Positions 1-12,499 of a stretch of 64,000 bases of DNA are shown piece by piece (within the stretch, counting starts at the first letter, position 1; every line of letters begins with the position of its first letter). The DNA is from Chiloscyllium plagiosum (Eukaryota), in assembly GCF_004010195.1 (NCBI RefSeq), contig NC_057755.1:8967306-9031305 (forward strand), read 5' to 3'. The notes under the pieces were generated by a model, which was given only the letters and a program-made list of their open reading frames with translations, did not search any database and was not told the origin of the DNA. Position numbers and translations under genes: made by a program.

Positions 1-1639
1 CTTCCCTTTTCCCACTCTGTCTTCCTCACTGTATGTGTCTCCCTGTCTTCCTCTCTGTGTCTCACCCACTATCCTAACACCATGCCCAGTGAATTGTTCC
101 TCTCTCCCCATGCAGTGTCCTTTCTGCTTGTGAAACGTCCACCTCTTTGTCTCCTTCCTGTCCTACAGTGACACCCCCCCCCATCAGCAGGGGGAGAATG
201 AGGTACATGTGCTTGTGGGAACCCCTCCCCCCTCACTAGACAGCAAATACTTCCAGTGTGCCAGTACTCCCTGCGCCCTCCACACGAACATTATTTGCCC
301 CTCCCCTGATTTTTCTGCCCCTCAACTTGCAGTACCCACTAGTTGGCATCTTGCCATTTGCCCCCACTTCTCACTCCAATGAGCAACTTCCAAATGCCAA
401 ATGCCAAATATCCCGACCACCCGGTCAGTGTTATAATCCAGGATCAGACCTCAGAATCAATGCGACAGTTTGTTTAGGAATTTCGCTTTATTGCAGACAG
501 ATTGTCACAGAATTACAATGAAAATAAGCCATATGTTTTTTCAAGTTTATATAAATAAGCTAAAATTTAACCCAGACTTAGAAAGAGAGAACAATCTCAC
601 GTGCACATATCAGTTTCTCTTTCCATTCAGTTATTTTGAGTTTATTTGGACTGGGAACAGGGACTGCAGTTTCGAAATAACAGAATGTACCACAAAGAAA
701 TCACAATTTTTTTGTTTTAATTGAACGTCAGTAAACTTTCTGACACAATGTGCTCTCCATCCACTACAGGGCAGACTATTTGAACTTTACGTGGAGCAGT
801 CAAACAGGTTACTTCATAATGAAAGACTGAGCAGATTTCACTCTGGCAAAGGTCATCGTATCATTGGATTTAATGGCTGCTTTGAAAGAAGAAGTTGTCA
901 TATTTTGATAAAGACGAAAGTGGCGAGAATATTTAAAGATCTTTAAGATAATAATGTGAAACAAACCAAATTGAATTTCGGTAAAATTAAAGCTTGTGAA
1001 AAGCATATATTCAGCAGACATCAGTTTAACTCAACACATATAACAAAAGATCAAGGAAGACTTCAGTCTTGTGAAGATCGGAATGAAGGATTATGCAAGA
1101 AATGTCGACTCTCATGTTCCTCAGATGCTACCTGACCTGCTGTGCCTTTTCCAGTGCTTCACTTTACTGATGCCATTAATGCGTTCTTTGAAAAGGAGAA
1201 GGGTAACAATTCCCACTATTTTATATCATAACGAATCTCAAGTGATGGGAAGTCACAATGATCACTAAAGTGGAAATCTGAACCAAAATGCAATTTGATA
1301 AAGTTACAGGTTTAGAAAACAATGCCTTTAAGTGGCATTACTTTAATGCAACAATAGTTCTCCATGTGAATGCTGCTTGATTCACTAACAAAAATGGTCA
1401 AGAACATGATTGGAGGTCACATTAAGAGGGAAAAAGGTCTGACCGAAACATGTTAAGACGATGGTAGACCTAAAGCAGAGGAGGATGTTAAAACACAGGA
1501 AGAAATTGTATCGACTCAAGAAATTATAAGGCAGGATGTTGTCGCTGAGTGCTGTGTGCACTTTATCTATTATGAACAGATAGCGAAGGATGTGGTTTGA
1601 TTCACTTTCCCATTCGCTGCAGTGTATACTGTCTACAGC

Positions 1640-1930
1640 ATGCACTGAGGGTTCTTCAGACACCTGGCAAACCCATAACAACCAACATCTAGAAGGACAA
1701 GGGCTGCAGATACATGGGAATGCCAACCTCTGCAAGTTGTCCTCCAAGCTGGTGACGATTCTGACTTGGAAATATACCCCCCGTGGCCTTAGGTTTGTCA
1801 GGGAGTGAATTCCAGGAATTTGACCGAAGGGCATTGTGTGTCGACCAGTTGTACATGGACAACAGCAATTCAAGAAGTCAGCTCGACATCACCTTCTCAG
1901 GGGGACAAGTAGGCACGCTGGGGAACTAAG
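1640..1930 (+). mobile_element. LINE 3'-end repeat fragment
   Basis: catctagaaggacaagggctgcagata..ctgacttggaaatata..ttcaagaagtcagctc..caccttctcagg, same family as 24830-25312. Confidence 0.7.
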
Positions 1931-2205
1931 AGAGGATAAAGTTACTGGGATGCAATTAACACTTACCCTGGTTCAGAAGAAAGAAAGAAATGTGAAATAT
2001 AATGATTGTGGTGTACAGATTTCCTGTTGCAGTACTGAAATTTGTCAATGAGCAAGGGAAGAAAATAGGACTGATTATCACATTATGCAAGAGGTTGGAA
2101 TTAGTACTCTTATTTCCATCATCAATTGGAAGCAGAAAGAGTCTTTATTTAAACAGAAATTTCAATTAACTGCCAGGAAGAATTCTGAAGTAATATGCTC
2201 TGAAC

Positions 2206-2219
2206 CCACTAGAGGGCAG
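2206..2219 (+). promoter_or_regulatory. CTCF-consensus motif
   Basis: CCACTAGAGGGCAG inside a paralogous copy of the cassette flank. Confidence 0.6.
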
Positions 2220-3734
2220 ATTAGGATCAAGGGGATTGCAACTTGACAAGAGATCAGAACAAAATTACATTCAATGTTTGCATTTAAGACAAGAAACGAC
2301 ACTCATTTTCCCAACATTTTACATCTTGATGGCGCATACTGTAATGAGAAGGAGAAAAGAGCCGTAAAGTAGCAATTACATCATTTGGATACAGCATTTG
2401 GATATAGTTACAGATTAATGGGAGGAGATTTTCAACTGGACGTTAATTTACTGAAACATTCTTTATGCGCCCAATTTTGACTTGATCTGTGTTTCAACCC
2501 AAATAAAGCTAACTGCAGAAAATGCTTAGTGATAACATTAAGCATAAAACAAGAAGACCTTGAGACATAGGAGCCGAAATGAGGCCATTTGGCCCATCGA
2601 GTCTGCTCCATCATTCTATGCTGGCTGAAAGGTTTCTCAATCCCATTTCCCCACTCCCCGCCCCCCCCGCCATAAACTTTTCTTTCTGCTTGACAATGTC
2701 AAGAACGTATCCATGTCTGCTTTACATATACTCAATAATCTGGCCAGCACAGCCATTTCTGGCAGTGTGTATGGCTGGGATGGAATTAGACTTGAGTGCA
2801 GGTCAGAGCAGGGTTACCGGATTGATTGCAGTGATCAGGAGTTTGTCCTGTGAAGTGAGATTGAGCAGTTTAGGCAGGCGCTTTAAGGATTTGGGAAGAT
2901 TGAGAGGACGTGTAACTGAGGTGTACATGACACACATAAAGCTTGAGGAAACAGACTGGATACTCAACACCTTCTTGCTTCCATTCTGCCACAATGTCAT
3001 TCTGAGCAGCATCGCCATGGCTGTCCTTTCTAACAAAATTGAACAGAATGAGGTGATGCTGCTAATTGCATCTGTGTGAGGGACTAACCCAATTTGTCCC
3101 ATTCATTTCCTTTGTACGGATAGCTCCACATTCTGTTAAACATTGTAACTACTTTATCAGTAAAATTGGAAAGGAACATTACTCATTGCTGGACATCAAT
3201 TTACCCAGAGGTTTCAGCATATGCAACCTGATCCAATTTGATCCTCATCAAACTGCACTGGTATACCTTTTACATCTATTGCACACTACCAGTAAATAAT
3301 TTTGTCCTTTTTAAAATTTGTTTGTAGGATGTGGGCACTGCTGAGGCCACAAATCAGCCAAGCAACTGCTGTAGAGCGGAGAGCTAACTGCCCATCTAAC
3401 AAATTGTTCTCAAAGAAATTAGAAAATACTCCTTATCCAAGGTACATTTTCACGTTAAACGTACTAGCAGTACAAAGAAATATCACAACGAAGGGAGATC
3501 AGCAGCTGGAACATTGAAGACAGGGGGGAGAGAGAGAGATTGTGTGGACTTGACATTAAGCGAGTGTAATGTTTAATAAGTGTATTATTGAACAGCAATT
3601 GTTTTATACAGTTGGGGTCAGATAGTAAGTAGTTAAGAACAAAGGAGTTCGGATTTTTTCATACATACTGTTCAGTATTTAATATTAGAGAAAGGAAAAT
3701 AAATTATTTTTTCTTTAAGTAGTGGGAATCTTTT

Positions 3735-4045
3735 TTTAGATTAGATTCCCTACAGCGTGGAAACTGGCCCTTCGGCCCAACCAGTCCACATCAACCCTTT
3801 GAAGAGTAACCCACCCAGACCCATTTCCCTTTGACTAATGCACCTAACACTATGGACCATTTAGCACGGCCAATTTACCTGTCCTGCACGTCTTTGGACT
3901 GTGGGAGGAAACCGGAGCATCCCACACAGACACGGGGAGAATGTGCAAACTCCACACACAGACAGTCACCCGAGGCTGGAATTGAACCTGGGACCCTAGT
4001 TCTGTGAGGCAGCAGGGGTAACCAATGAGCCACCGTGCCACCCAA
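3735..4045 (-). mobile_element. tRNA-derived SINE (HE1/V-SINE type)
   Basis: Minus-strand head GGTGGCACGGTGGCTC..GGTTCAATTCC (A/B boxes), core gtgtggagtttgcacattctcccc, and a CR1-like tail ending in ctaat repeats. Confidence 0.9.
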
Positions 4046-5009
4046 ACCAGCAGCCCTCCGTCACTCAATCGCATTGTAACTGGTTACGAGATGAAGCAAG
4101 CTTTTCTGGGTGATTGTTTTTAAATAACAGAGGGCTTTGACCTGCTGCATCATAAATCCAGATTGTCACTGAATTCATATTCCATCATTTGCCGTGGTGT
4201 GATTTTAGTTCAAGTGGACAGAATAGTTCCTGGATGCCTGGATGAATAGTTTAACAGCAGAACTACTGGTTATTTAGCTGACAACATGGGAAAGTGTGGT
4301 TGACCAATTGAGAAGTGCGATCAGCATGTTCCATGCATTGTCATGGAGAATCCCAATACAATCTACTGTCACACATTATTTTACTGATATCACAATAATA
4401 CAGAGTTCGGACATCTCCAATGCTTTTGCAAAAAGGATGTCCATGTTTCCAAAGCTTCCAGCAATAACAATTGGTCACATTGACAGTTCTCCTGAGAATC
4501 TTAAATTGGAAGTTAATTTCATGCATGGCATACTCAGGATTGTCCATTCAGAGCTGTTCAATTAAAAATAGCCTCTAACTTTGATATGATGGCCTCTTTT
4601 TTACAAACTCAGACCATTTTCATGCCACCAATGCACTGACCATTCTGAACCCTGAAGGGCGGTACTATATGACAGGAACCATGGCATATGAGGAACAATG
4701 GGTCATCGCATCACTCACATTTACACAGCTCATGATTCACTTTTGGTGTGGCAGGTGGAGCATTCTTAACTTACCCAAACAGGTGAAAGCTGATAGTGTA
4801 CATTATGACAAATGTTACTAAATAGATCCAACGCCTGTTTGTGTAACGATTCACAACCCATACTGCGAATGTTCCAGTGTGTGGGCAACATTCAAATCAC
4901 GTTGACATGAAGGTGCACCTCCCGGGCATAACTTGCTGCTGGAACCACTGCTCCTGCAATTATTAAATTTCAGATTCAATCAGCTGGAGTAATCATTTTT
5001 ATCTGTATT

Positions 5010-6295
5010 TTACCTGGGAGGAGCGGATCAGGAAGATGAGACAGAAACTAGACAGATGGGAGCAACGGTCGCTCTCCATCGCTGGAAAAAACCTGGTCAT
5101 CAGGTGTGAGGTACTCTCAGTATTGTTATACGTGGCACAGGTCTGGCCTATCCCCAGAACCTGTGCCGCCGCAGTCATCCGGGCCATCTTCCACTTCATG
5201 TGGAGATCAAAGATGGACCGGGTCCGAAGAGATGTAATGTACAAAGACCGGTGCAATGGGGGAAAAAACACACCCAATGCAACCCTCACCCTGATGGCCA
5301 CCTTTGTGTGTGGCTGCATCAAGCTGTGCGTGGATCCCCGGTACGCAAACACCAAGTGTCACTACGTACTGAGGTTCTACCTGTCCCCGGTGTTGCAAAG
5401 GATGGGCCTGGCCTCGCTGCCGCGGAACGCTCCGAGTAGTTGGACCGTTCCGTATCACCTGTCCTTCGTGGAGAAATTTATCAAGAAAAACACATTTTAC
5501 CACAAGTCCATCAGGAAGTGGTCAGCATGTAGTGTCCACGAGACGCTTCGGGAAAAAAGAGAGGGCGGATTCTGTCGAGCGGTTCCCTGAGCAGACTGTC
5601 TAAGCCATTTGGCAGAATGCCTCATCGCCAGAACTCTCCAACAAGCACCAAGGCATGGCTTGGCTGGTGGTGAGAAGGGCTCTGCCTGTGAGATCCTGTA
5701 TGCACGCCCGGACTCTCTGCTGCACCACACGCTGCCGTCGAAGCGGCTGCGGGGGGGGGGGGGTGTGCCTATGCAGAGGAAGTCTGGAGAGGAATGCAGT
5801 GGTGTTTGTCGAGGTTCATCCCGAGCAGCGCCGTGATGCGGGACTCCGTGCTCTACGGTCTGTTCCCCGGGACGCACATCAACTGTGCCTGGAGGATTAT
5901 CAATTCGATGAAGGACGCTCTCTGGGCGGTCCGAAACCTGCTGATCCTCCAGCTGAAGGAGTTGACCCCGACTGAGTGTTGCAGACTGGCACATTCCATG
6001 GTCCAGGACTATGTGTTGAGGGACGCGCTGAAGCTTGGGGAAGCTGCTGCCAAGGCACAGTGGGGAAAGACCACTGTGTAATATCTGCCTGCCTAAGAAG
6101 AACAGAGGGCCCACGTAGTCATTTGGGCTCCGCTGGCACGTCAGCTCAAAATGTAATGTACCGACCTGTAAATAGGAATGTTTACTCTGTTTTGGTATGC
6201 AAAGAAATGGAATGTTTACATATGCATGGCATGTCCAGTTGTATAATTCATCAAAGTATTTATGAATAAAGTATATTTTTGAAATAAAAAAAATA
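5010..6295 (+). mobile_element. 5'-truncated Tx1/L1-clade non-LTR retrotransposon (3' part of ORF2, 3' UTR, A-rich tail)
   Basis: Frameshifted ORF2 segments (WEQRSLSIAGKNLVIR..., AWLVVRRALPVR, INSMKDALWAVRN) typical of the Tx1 post-RT region, AATAAA and an A tail. Flanked by the 15-bp direct repeat atttttatctgtatt at 4995-5009 and 6296-6310. Confidence 0.88.
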
Positions 6296-6553
6296 ATTTT
6301 TATCTGTATTATTCCCTGTCCCACGGAAGAAAATCCAACTGCATCAGTCCCAGCCCCATGCACTCATCCACAAAAATCCCTTTAATCCTAAATGCACCAT
6401 CGTCCCAGAGGTCAATCAGCTCCACCCACATTGGTTGAGATGACTTTGAGATTCACTGTGCTGCAGATAGGGGGCAGGTTTGAGATGGCAAGGCGTTCTT
6501 CGTGATCTCAGCTGGAAAGAGAAATGAATTGATGTGAGATCAGAAGGTCTGCG

Positions 6554-6559
6554 TTTATT
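6554..6559 (-). terminator. Candidate polyadenylation signal of GPCR gene 1
   Basis: AATAAA on the minus strand (tttatt on plus) about 250 nt downstream of the stop codon. Confidence 0.3.
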
Positions 6560-6805
6560 AGACTAGAATCCTCCTTCTTCATGTCAAGATAATTTGAAAG
6601 GTGCTCACACACTGTAACAAATTTCACTTGTTTTCTTTCATTGATGCGAGTAACTTCCAAAATATCATATAACCCAACAGTTTTCATTTTTTCTTCAAGT
6701 ATCCTGTTTTCATTAAGAGAAAGTAAGATTTGCGGGACTTATTTCCCCACTATAGAACTTTTGGAGGTCGAGGAAGGCAAAAGAGAGTGTGACAGTGTTA
6801 AAATT

Positions 6806-7722
6806 TTATAACTTTTTCTTTCGACTGAACAACATCAGAATAAAGGACAATGGGAATGTCAAAACCTTCTTCAGTTCTTCCCTGAATTTCCTTTGTGTGG
6901 CTGTATAAATGCACACGTTACTGCATGAACTCAAATACATGAGCATGTAGCCAGTTTCAGTGGCAATGTAGGCAGGAGCTGTGTGATCACCTCGATAATG
7001 TGTAGCGTTCGTTATCCTCGAAGATAAGAAGCTCACAGCTGCTGTCAGCCAGAGAAGAATAAAACTTCCCGATATCGTGAAGAGTAAAATAATGGACCTT
7101 CTTCGACCTTCCATCTCTGGGTCTCTTTGACTCTCACTATTGCTTCCCCGGACAGCTCTGCGAGACCTATTGGCGACGACAATACGTCTGATGGTCAAGC
7201 AGTTAAATGTGAGTAGCAAAGAAAATGGAAGCCAAGGAACTAAAACACTTTGTAACCAGGAGAACGCTGTACCCCATGGTGAAGTGAAGAAGTTCAACTT
7301 AGTGCGACAGCCCCACTTTAAATGACCAATTGCTTGCTCAGGTTCATATGCAAACCAAAAGGGTATGTTCTCCAGGGAAACCAGGGCAGTGGTGATCACT
7401 ATCACTGCAGCTGCTATTCTAACTCTGCAATACTTTGTTTTCAGCCTCTCGCAACATATCGCTACGTATCGATCAAATGTGAACAAGACTGTGAACCATA
7501 CCACCATTAACAGTGTGACTGAGCTCATGTAGATCATAAACTTGCAAACTCCAGTGTAGGACAAAAACGAATGTGCAAAGTGGTAACTGAAAATGCGAAA
7601 CGCAGTTACGTTGAAGATCATGACCAGAAAAGCTGCTGTTGCCATGGCCACCATGTAGGCAGAGGTACAAGAGGAAAGGCCGCAGTTTCCTCGAGAGAGA
7701 ATGACCATTGTCAACAGGTTCG
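6806..7722 (-). CDS. GPCR gene 1, coding exon 2 (class A 7TM receptor, GPR139/GPR142-like; spliced product 328 aa)
   Basis: Uninterrupted ORF with hydrophobic helices, FTFDRYVAICC (DRY motif), TM3 Cys (GVCK) and ECL2 Cys (WGC), ILLWL in TM6 and SSCSNVCIY..TQRKFREE in TM7/helix 8. Acceptor tcttacAG precedes 7722 and gives (G)CG AAC CTG TTG = A-N-L-L, in frame with exon 1. Confidence 0.93.
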
Positions 7723-8037
7723 CTGTAAGACAAATGGATAGAAGGCATAAGCAGAATCTCTCGGAATAAAAGCCAACAAACAGTGTGGTGAACTACTGAA
7801 AGATTTGCGATGCAGAATTCTTCAGAATGATAATATTGATTAAATAAATGGAGTTTGGAAAGTGCATTATGGGAAAATAAATCTCTGTATGGTGAGAACG
7901 AAGGGACTGAGTTGACTTGTTTCCAGCACGCTGACTTGACCTGATGAAGTAGCCGCGCTCTGAAGTTTTGGAATTTCAAACAAACCTGTTGGACTGGAAT
8001 ATGAGTGATGATGCTGCTCCTTTGACAAGGTTTGGTT

Positions 8038-9129
8038 GTATGTTTTTTCGGATGGTTGTGAAAACACAGGTCCTGAAAAGTCTGTACTTTGATGGGTTAT
8101 AGGGCCAGTGTGATTACGGCAAACAAATATTGCCTCAGGAAAAAGACTTTCAAGTGTTTATATGTTAAAAAACTCTTGTACAATGAAAGCAAAATGTCCA
8201 GTTATCCCAGCTCAACATTTCTCTGGTTTGGTTTGGTCTGGCTGTTCACTGAAAGCATCAGGCTCTTCTAAAAGCTGCTGAACCCAAAGAAGCACATCCA
8301 TGCTGAGACTCTTCTCTCTCTGACATCTCTCCTGTAAGACCCTGTGTTTGACTTTAATTTTTATGTCAAGGGGTGTTTTAGGGACTGTTGCAAGTATTGG
8401 TGACAACATCATTACATTGGGATGCTGTGTTGGGTTTGGTGACGTTAGTCAGTATTCTGCTCTCTTCTGTTTGTATTTAATTCGGTAATTAGAGTCACAG
8501 AGAGCTACAGGACGGACACAGACCGTTTGGTCAATACGTCCAGTCTGACCCAGTACCCTCAATAAATTGAATTCCAAATGCCAGCATTTGGCCCATATCC
8601 CTGTAAACCCTTCCTATTCATATATCCACCCAGTTGGATTTAAATTTTGTAATTTTACCAGCCTTCATCAATGCCTCTGGCGGCTCATTCCACGCAGCAT
8701 CTACGTGATAAATGTTGCATATTTGGTCTTTTTAAAATCTTGTCCGTCTGACCTTAAACCTATATCCTGTCATTTTACTCTATCCATGGCCTTCGGGATT
8801 TTATAAAGCTCGACACGTCACCCCTCAGCCTCTGACGCTCCGGGGTATACAGCCCCAGCCTATTCAGCCTCTACTTATATCTCAAAGACTCCAAACTGGT
8901 CAACATCCTTTTCATGTTTTCTGAACATGTTCAAGTTTCACAACATCCTTCCAAAAGCAAGAAGAGCAGAACTCTTGTAAATAAATTCTGCTTTGTTTAA
9001 AAGTAAGTGGTTTGATCAGCTGCATCTCCTCTGTAATATTCACAATACATCTGCATAAAACAATGAGGAAAGTTAGAGTCTGGGCTAATTTGTTCCAGTG
9101 TTCTGATGGGGTCCGGCCTGATCCATAAC
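8038..9129 (+). mobile_element. Solo-LTR-like element (interrupted by a CR1 fragment) in the intron of GPCR gene 1
   Basis: Colinear with 51457-52069 (tagggccag..tgatta, ctctgacatctctcctgtaagacc, cttgtaaataaatt). TGT...ACA-like ends and an internal AATAAA. Confidence 0.65.
8490..8975 (-). mobile_element. CR1 LINE 3' fragment nested in an LTR-like element
   Basis: Reverse complement of the CR1 3' end seen at 17700 and 49075 (gtcacccctcagcctc...). Confidence 0.8.
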
Positions 9130-10299
9130 ATGTGGGACCACTTGGTTTGCCCCCTCCAGTCCAACAGCAGTACCTCCACATCATGGCAATTAACTCAAAA
9201 TGTGTGATAGAAGCTGTCCTGAAAATGGATCACATTTATGCAGATACAAAGAGTGACAGCCAAATCAAATCAGATTTCCTATTCTTGCATTTACAACACA
9301 GTAAAATGAAGATGCTTAATGATCCTCAAAATTGACCTCAACGGTCCCTGAATAGTCTTTTCGAATCGCCAGTGTTCGACTTTTATGATTAATCCAATAA
9401 GAAACACCAGGCCTTTTGCTCAAACAAAAGACTAAACAATTTAGTAAACATGCCTTAAACCAGCAGAGCAGTTTTAAGCAGCAAAATAATCTAAATAATA
9501 CCTCGGTTTTAACCCCAATCCTCTCTAATTATAACCTGTATTCTGACACCAAAACATCCGGACAAACACATTAAGGAATAAATGGAAAACATAAAAAAAA
9601 AGCTTGCTTAAACTGTTTCCACATTCCACAATATCACTGTCACCAGAGATTGTAACTTGTTGGGTTTCAGATCACACGGTGTGACAATACTCTCACTTCA
9701 AAAGGTTATTGTCTCTTGGTTATTTTTTTGTTTGTGCGTTGGGTGTAGGATAGCGCTGCCCGTCTGGCTACTTGAAGACCAATTCAGAAATCAACTTGTG
9801 ATGCTTTTGGGGTATTGCTTTCCAGTTGGATCAAAGGGAGCAGTCTGAATCTGGGAGTGTCCAGCTCTCACTGATCCAGAGATCTGGGGTTTTGGTGTTT
9901 TCAGTAAATCAGAAGCTGTGTGGGGTCTCAGAAGAGTTGGAAGCTTGAGTGAATGATTCCAGCTGCTAATATCTGTGAAAACTTTCCGGCTGCTTTATCT
10001 TGCTGCATTAGAGAACTGTATATAAGAAACTGTGTCTGAGTATGCCTTTTTATTTGGTCTACTTATGGAATGTTACTGTATTGAAACAACTAGTTAGGAA
10101 AAGGTACTGTATTCATTATTTGGTTGTTTCCCAATAGTTACGTTGTTCTAAATTCCTTTTCCTTTTGTGTGTACTCATTTTCTTAATATGAGTATGAACA
10201 TATCCTTGAACATTACACACTATGAACATGCGTCTTCTATTCCCTCAGCTGCACATCCGTGAAATGGTGTTTTATTTTGATTATCCTGTATTACAGAGA

Positions 10300-10600
10300 T
10301 ATTCACAGTATAAGAATAAATAGTAAGCCATTTAGGAATGAGATGAATTTGAAGTTCTTCACTCAGGGAGTTGTGAACCTACGGAATTTTCTCCCACAGG
10401 AAGCTGCTGTGGACAGTTCACTGGATATATTCTAGAGGGAGCTGGATGTGGCCCTGTGTCTAAAGCGATACAGAGGTATGGAGAAACGGCAGGAATGGGC
10501 TAGTGAATTTGTATATCAGCCATGATTCTATTGCATGGTGGGTCAGGATCGAACGGCTAATTGGACGACTCTTGTACCCATTTTCAATGTTTCTGTGTTC
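10300..10600 (+). mobile_element. CR1 LINE 3' end fragment
   Basis: ttcttcactcagggagttgtgaacct...cagccatgat...ggtgggtcagg, homologous to 22790-23050. Confidence 0.75.
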
Positions 10601-11462
10601 TACCCCAAAGAGCATCGATTCACACGAATTTGTGAAAAAAAACTGTGTACACTTTTTATGATGCAGAGATGGAACTCCTTTGTTAATGAAAACTAAAACA
10701 GCAGAAAAGCTCGCCTCAACTCATATTTTATTCAAAGTGTGAGTGAATGGTTGAGAACTCCTAATTTCTTCTATTTAAAGAAAAATAACTATTTGTTTAT
10801 CTCGCTCTAAAGTGAGCACTAAACAAAACTATTAACACACTGAGCACACTTCTTAAGCAATTCTTGTCTGTCCCCCAATTCTATAAATATGTGCTTCTAT
10901 CATACACTTATCAAACATTACATTAACTTATTATCAAGTCCACACAATTTCTGTCTTCTCCGCTACCTTCAGTCTTCTGTTTGCTGATCTCCCCAGGTGG
11001 TCTTCTTTCTTTCTACTGCTTTTACATGGAAACATACCTTTTGATAAACAGTGCGTTCTAATTTCTATGAGAGCAAGATGGTGATGGGCAGTTAGCTCTC
11101 TGGCTTTACGGCAGTTGCACTGTGATATAATGGCAATCACTCTGACCAATTATCAACATGCCTTGCTTTTACATGCCCCCAACATCATTCCCTGTCATTA
11201 GTCCGATCTTGTCAATACAATAAATTCTAACTCAGTTCGCTTTTCGCATCTTGAGCATCATTTCAATTAATTGATTAATTTGGAATTACCGTCAAAACGG
11301 CAACCAAAACTCAGGTATCCATTTAACAGCCAATTGCTGCAAGGATCCATTTTGGAAAGCCTGTCCCTGAGCTGCTCTGTTCTGGCCGCAGTGGCTCTGT
11401 GGCTGTATTTTAAATTTATTTTAAAAATTCAGAAAACTCTTTTTAGCTTAAAGTATGCCAAG

Positions 11463-11890
11463 TAAAAAAATCACACAACACCAGGTTATCGTCCAACAGG
11501 TTTATTTGGAAGCACTAGCTTTCAGAGCGCTGCTCCTTCATCAGGTGGTTGTTGAGTATAAGATCCTGCAGCACAGAATTGGCAGAAAAAGGTTACCGTA
11601 TGATGTAACAGAAATTACATATTGAAAAAGGCTTTAGGAAAGTTCTGGCATTTGCATATGAAGTAACTGAAACCAACATGCCCATTCCAAAAGATGGGGG
11701 ACTTAACAAGCAATGCCGTTTTTTCTCAATATATAATTTCAGTTACATCACACGGTAAACTTTTGCTATAAATTCTGTGTCGTCCAATCTTAGACTGTAC
11801 AACCTTTTGATGAAGGAGCAGCGCTCTGAACGCTAGTGCTTCCAAATAAACCTATTGGACTATAACCTGGTGTTGTGTGATTTTTAACTT
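11463..11890. mobile_element. Fold-back element made of inverted Penelope pseudo-LTR ends
   Basis: Arms of about 175 bp (11463-11635 and 11720-11890) are reverse complements of each other and match the terminus of the Penelope element at 62290-62460. Confidence 0.85.
11513..11547 (-). ncRNA. Minimal type I hammerhead ribozyme-like motif (Penelope-associated)
   Basis: Minus strand reads CAC CUGAUGA A GGAGC AGC GCUCU GAAA GCUA GUG: core boxes, a 5-bp stem II, a palindromic AGCU stem III and a 3-bp stem I. Confidence 0.6.
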
Positions 11891-11899
11891 GGTATACTT

Positions 11900-12425
11900 T
11901 CAGCTAGTGTTCCAGTTAAACCTGTTGGACGACGACCTGGTGTTGTGTGATTTTTAATTTTGTACACGCCAGCACAACACCAAATCATATCCTAAAGAGA
12001 ACAAGGACTCTTTTGATCTTGTAACATCGCCCATCACTTTATCCCTGCTCATGTTGTGTCGCTGGCCCCTGTGTACCTCACGGTTACTTATTACATAGAA
12101 CTCTTAAATCAAAACAGCATGTGTAGAATGATCAAAAAAATCAATTGATTGAATGAACACAAACTAATGTATGAGTACACAGTCTGTTGTAATGCAATTC
12201 CGATGAAGAGGGATCTGGGTGGATGCGTCGCTGACATTGGCAGGATAAAATTAAAAGTCACACAACACTAGGTGGTAATCCGACAGGTTTATTTGGAAGC
12301 ACTAGCTTTCAGAGCACTGTTAGGAGGAGCTCCTGCTTCCAAATAAACCTGTTGGACTATAACTGGGTATTGTGTGATGTTTTAACTTTGTCCACCCCAG
12401 TCCAACATGGACACCTCCAAATCAT
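11900..12425. mobile_element. Additional Penelope pseudo-LTR fragments (11900-11990 and a short inverted pair at 12250-12425)
   Basis: Same acaggtttatttggaagcactagc / ccaaataaacctgttggactata sequence as 11463-11890. Confidence 0.8.
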
Positions 12426-12499
12426 TTCCAGGATAAGTTGCGACAGTGGTTTGTAAATCACCACACATCCACGGTTCATTGCTGGGGGAAGTAGAGTAC

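Noticed and set aside
4296..4980. Possible transposase or third receptor remnant (MSMFPKLPAITIGHIDS)
   Set aside because: No convincing motif series in the frames examined; cannot be supported without a database search.
5497..6363. 288-aa minus-strand ORF
   Set aside because: Antisense shadow of the GC-rich Tx1 ORF2.
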